DNA of 64,000 nucleotides from Mytilus edulis (taxonomy: Eukaryota): positions 86,924,001-86,988,000 of the forward strand of contig NC_092348.1 in the NCBI RefSeq assembly GCF_963676685.1, given 5' to 3'. The number at the start of each line of letters is the position of its first letter. The first letter of the stretch is position 1. Below are positions 62,701 through 64,000 of the stretch, piece by piece. A model generated the notes under the pieces. It was not told the DNA's origin. It ran no database searches and worked only from the letters and a program-made list of their open reading frames with translations. The translations under genes were made by a program, and so were the position numbers.

Positions 62701-63807
62701 TTAAGGAAATTTTGCTGTTTTTGGTTATTATATTGAATATTATTATAGATATAGGTAAACTGTAAACAGCAATAATGTTCAGCAAGGTCAGATTTACAAA
62801 TAAGTCAACATGACCAAAATGGTCAGTTGACCTCTTTAGGAGTTATTGCCCTTTAAAGTCAATTTTTAACCATTTTTCGTAAATTTTATATATCTTTTAC
62901 TAAAATCTTCTTCTCTGAAACTGCTGTGCCAAATTGATCCAAACTTGGCCACAATCATCTTTGGGGTTTCTTGTTTAAAAAATGTGTCCGGTGACCTGGC
63001 CATCAAACCAAGATGGCCGCCACGGCTAAAAATAGAACATAGGGGTAAAATGCAGTTTTTGGCTTATAACTCAAAAACCAAATAATTTAGAGAAAATCTG
63101 ACATGAAGTAAAATTGTTAATCAGGTCAAGATCTATCTGCCCTGAAATTTTCAGATGAATTGGACAACCTGTTTTTGGGTTGTGGCCCCTGAATTGGTAA
63201 TTTTAAGGAAATTTTGCTGTTTTTGGTTATTATATTGAATATTATTATAGATTTAGGTAAACTGTAAACAGCAATAATGTTCAGCAAAGTAAGATCTACA
63301 AATAAGTCAACATGAACGAAATGGTCAATTGACCCCTGTAGGAGTTATTGACCTTTGTAGTCAATTTTCAATCTGCTTCCTTTGTTTAATATTCACATAG
63401 ACCAAGGTGAGCGACACAGGCTCTTTAGAGCCTCTAGTTTTTTAAAGAAAACAATAGATAAATGTTCTAAAAAAAAAACCAAACACATTCAGTAAAGTTA
63501 ATTGTAAAAATTTGTTGCATAGTGGCAGTTCTTATAATTATATTATTGTATAACAACAAAATGCACATTATTTTAGGTGACTATCAACAGAATTTGTGTC
63601 AAGCAATCAACAAAACCTGTGAGCCTTGTACAAAGAGACTTCCATCTTGTGTAGGAAAATCAGATGGATTAAATCCTTTCCTGGCCAAGATGTGGCAAGC
63701 AGACTATGTCAGATGTTATATCAATAGAACAATGGCCGTCACAAAATGTCTAACTGGAGAATACTTCAACCCTAGACTGGATAAATGTATGAAAGTTGTA
63801 CAACCCG
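29714..63807 (+). CDS. Very large secreted protein: signal peptide, FCGBP/IgGFc-binding N-domain, acidic DNDCDGxIDEE motifs, TSP1, at least 22 chitin-binding type-2-like domains (3'-incomplete)
   Basis: 27 phase-compatible coding exons (6616 nt, about 2205 aa): 29714-29774 (MIDVRKLLAVICILSLSFGQ), 30958-32234, 32653-32752, 33312-33362, 33809-33985, 34335-34550, 34953-35174, 36231-36428, 36681-36914, 45053-45250, 45857-46084, 46886-47125, 47440-47670, 48169-48381, 49144-49374, 49793-50005, 50231-50458, 50922-51161, 52278-52508, 54731-54970, 56787-57017, 57166-57378, 57876-58106, 58554-58766, 59419-59646, 61332-61571, 63577-63807. No in-frame stop was seen, and the last exon ends at a donor. Confidence 0.88.
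30735..30957. repeat. 29-bp minisatellite (atttacattttgataaatttaatgtaata), about 8 copies, ending in the splice acceptor
   Basis: The last partial unit reads ttacattttgataaatAG|GTCCTCCT, so it supplies the acceptor of exon 30958. Confidence 0.92.
30958..32234 (+). CDS. Exon encoding the FCGBP N-terminal (IgGFc_binding) domain
   Basis: Hallmark motifs: DNIGREFVVSFMEN, PTDALGNEY, DLTGAHIEATHPVSAYSGN, DHLVEQLTPVDTWGKKF, DPSMMIIPP, YLYGHAYHESYAFPTG. Confidence 0.9.
32653..33362 (+). CDS. Two small exons with acidic putative metal-binding motifs (GDGLDNDCDGKIDEELC and DDDGDGRIDEDC)
   Basis: Exons 32653-32752 and 33312-33362 are joined by a GC-AG intron. The motif resembles the Pfam Cu-binding_MopE (putative metal-binding) repeat consensus DGxDNDCDGxxDE. 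Confidence 0.8.
33809..33985 (+). CDS. Thrombospondin type-1 repeat exon (absent from the ORF track)
   Basis: VDGLWGSWGPWSGSCSVTCSKGVLFRNRSCDDPAPLYNGKNCIGSDQDTKPC has WxxWxxW, CSVTC and RxRxC. 177 nt, phase 1-1. Confidence 0.93.
34335..46084 (+). CDS. Three divergent two-exon chitin-binding modules
   Basis: X exons have six Cys in peritrophin-A spacing (C-x13-C-x5-C-xn-C-x12-C-x7-C) and end EPQAP. Y exons begin CEYxQN and contain RLPSC...C[YF]KNRT. An 8.1-kb intron (36915-45052) separates modules 2 and 3. Confidence 0.85.
35163..35920 (+). repeat. About 31-bp minisatellite built from an exon/intron junction (about 24 copies)
   Basis: Alternating units aatgaatacaggtatggaaaacgtgtagatc and aatgaatacaggtatgccagacgtgtaaac. 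The first copy is the authentic exon end AATGAATGCAG|gtatga at 35174/35175. Confidence 0.92.
37035..37225 (+). mobile_element. Degenerate tRNA-derived SINE (RUDI/V-SINE-like)
   Basis: B-box-like gagtttgaacc, then ...ggtaatccggcttcctc...aaaactgaacgctgtgatatagcc...gttgaaagtggtg, which resembles the V-domain and tail of bivalve SINEs as I recall them. Confidence 0.5.
38748..40043. mobile_element. Non-autonomous TIR element with 7-bp TSD (P-superfamily-like)
   Basis: TSD gaacacg at 38741-38747 and 40044-40050. Left TIR cagagacatataat; right TIR attatatgtctg (2-nt deletion). Confidence 0.75.
40067..40856. mobile_element. Non-autonomous TIR element with 7-bp TSD (P-superfamily-like) and internal ggaactttt...actagtt repeats
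   Basis: TSD cagaacc at 40060-40066 and 40857-40863; perfect 13-bp TIR cagagacatatat/atatatgtctctg. Confidence 0.88.
40898..41477. mobile_element. MITE, Kolobok-like termini
   Basis: Left aggagtaggtccggtaagga and right tcttactgaacctactcct; flanks tcaa / ttga are TTAA-like. Confidence 0.7.
42005..42662. mobile_element. Foldback-type MITE with ~150-bp imperfect TIRs
   Basis: aggttgggaacaaaccctctatatggtgattatacctgtatagag...ggggcagaatggcatt is mirrored by aatgccattctgccc...ctctatacaggtataatcaccatacagggggtttattcccaacct. Confidence 0.85.
42850..43284. mobile_element. Hairpin-ended non-autonomous element (possibly Crypton-like)
   Basis: 138-bp near-perfect palindrome at 42850-42987 with a GGCGAAGCC apex, followed by a module bounded by atttatcctgattt / aaatcaggataaat with a CCAATCA box near its end. 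Superfamily assignment is a guess. Confidence 0.6.
43455..44257. mobile_element. PIF/Harbinger-like MITE
   Basis: tta|gaccctgttcacactag ... ctagtgtgaacggggtg|tta: 3-bp TTA TSD and Harbinger-type TIR. Confidence 0.85.
46886..52508 (+). CDS. Chitin-binding super-repeat block 1 (exons A1 B1 C1 D1 E1 F1 A2 B2)
   Basis: Exon lengths 240, 231, 213, 231, 213, 228, 240, 231; all phase 1-1. Confidence 0.88.
51214..51724. mobile_element. Second hairpin-ended element (same architecture as 42850-43284, different sequence)
   Basis: Imperfect palindrome at 51214-51349 (gatatatcatgttatggagg...cctccataacatgatatatc), then a module bounded by aattacac / gtgtaatt with aaccaatcaaaat near its end. Confidence 0.6.
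52588..54110. mobile_element. Non-autonomous TIR element with GGCC termini and 3-bp TSD (Zator/Harbinger-like)
   Basis: tag|ggccacaattaaaaatattt...gtttgtccaaacccgaccca ... gggtcggtcgcgtttgggcaaac...tttttattttggcc|tag. Confidence 0.75.
54731..63807 (+). CDS. Chitin-binding super-repeat block 2 (exons A3 B3 C2 D2 E2 F2 A4 B4)
   Basis: Same exon-length series as block 1, with near-identical exon sequences. Confidence 0.88.
56377..56521. repeat. Perfect palindrome, 66-bp arms and 13-nt loop
   Basis: 56377-56442 is the exact reverse complement of 56456-56521; loop tctggatatctgg. Confidence 0.95.
60015..61072. mobile_element. TIR element with an internal 35-bp minisatellite
   Basis: tta|gaaaggcaa...ttgctttc|tta. 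Subterminal motif ccatttcgtacc on the left and ggtacgaaatgg on the right. The unit tttcgtacctcatggaagatttatatgtaatacta repeats about 15 times over 60060-60605. Confidence 0.75.
61773..63440 (+). mobile_element. HINE/DINE-like element with three ~502-bp internal repeats
   Basis: tttttagctcacct subTIR, cgtc microsatellite, repeats starting aaaatcttctcctctgaa at about 61899, 62401 and 62903, 3' aggtgagc subTIR and hairpin aggctctttagagcct. Confidence 0.88.
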
Positions 63808-64000
63808 GTAAGTGTTTTTCTGTATATATCAATTTGTTCAATCAGCAACTTATGAAATCAGGTTGACAAAATTCTACCAAACATGTACAGATTTTTATGC
63901 CCCATTAATGGGCATTATGTTTTTTGGTCTGTGCGTCCATTTGTCCATTTGTTTGTCTGTCAGTTCTTTCATCCGTCCATTCATTAGTCCGTCAATCATT

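Noticed and set aside
46886-63807. Dscam-like mutually exclusive exon clusters
   Set aside because: The exons alternate X-Y in a phase-compatible series with normal splice sites and form a coherent tandem protein. They are not clusters of alternatives for one position.
54731-63807. Block 2 as an assembly duplicate or allelic haplotype of block 1
   Set aside because: Introns differ completely in sequence, length and TE content, which a false duplication would not produce.

Overview
AT-rich eukaryotic genomic DNA with spliceosomal introns. The repeat families resemble those I recognise from bivalve (Mytilus-like) genomes; the taxon is an inference. I reconstructed four protein-coding genes by hand from splice sites and reading-frame phase. 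(1, 2) Two paralogous TIR-less LRR single-pass receptors (+ strand, 3457-5266 and 18329-20443) have the same intron position but different C-terminal tyrosine motifs. (3) An orphan gene with five coding exons lies between them (- strand, 13646-8905, 478 aa) and encodes a Lys/Glu-rich 51-aa repeat. (4) A very large secreted-protein gene starts near 26.6 kb and runs off the end of the window: signal peptide, FCGBP/IgGFc-binding N-terminal domain, acidic DNDCDGxIDEE motifs, a TSP1 repeat, and at least 22 chitin-binding (ChtBD2/CBM14-like) exons arranged as 11 two-exon modules, about 2,200 aa so far. The most striking signal is in gene 4. An 8-exon super-repeat (A B C D E F A B) x2 has exons that are 94-99% identical at the nucleotide level in the pairs I counted and are mosaic, while the introns do not align by eye. 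This points to exon-restricted homogenisation, and one chimeric exon marks a probable duplication breakpoint. Other observations are minisatellites seeded from splice sites, a GC-AG intron, a minisatellite whose single-unit ancestral state survives in a neighbouring duplicate, a perfect 66-bp-arm palindrome, and many non-autonomous transposons (HINE-like, P-like with 7-bp TSDs, Harbinger-like, Kolobok-like, hairpin-ended). No rRNA, intact tRNA or CRISPR was seen. All coordinates and counts were read by eye; no database searches were run.
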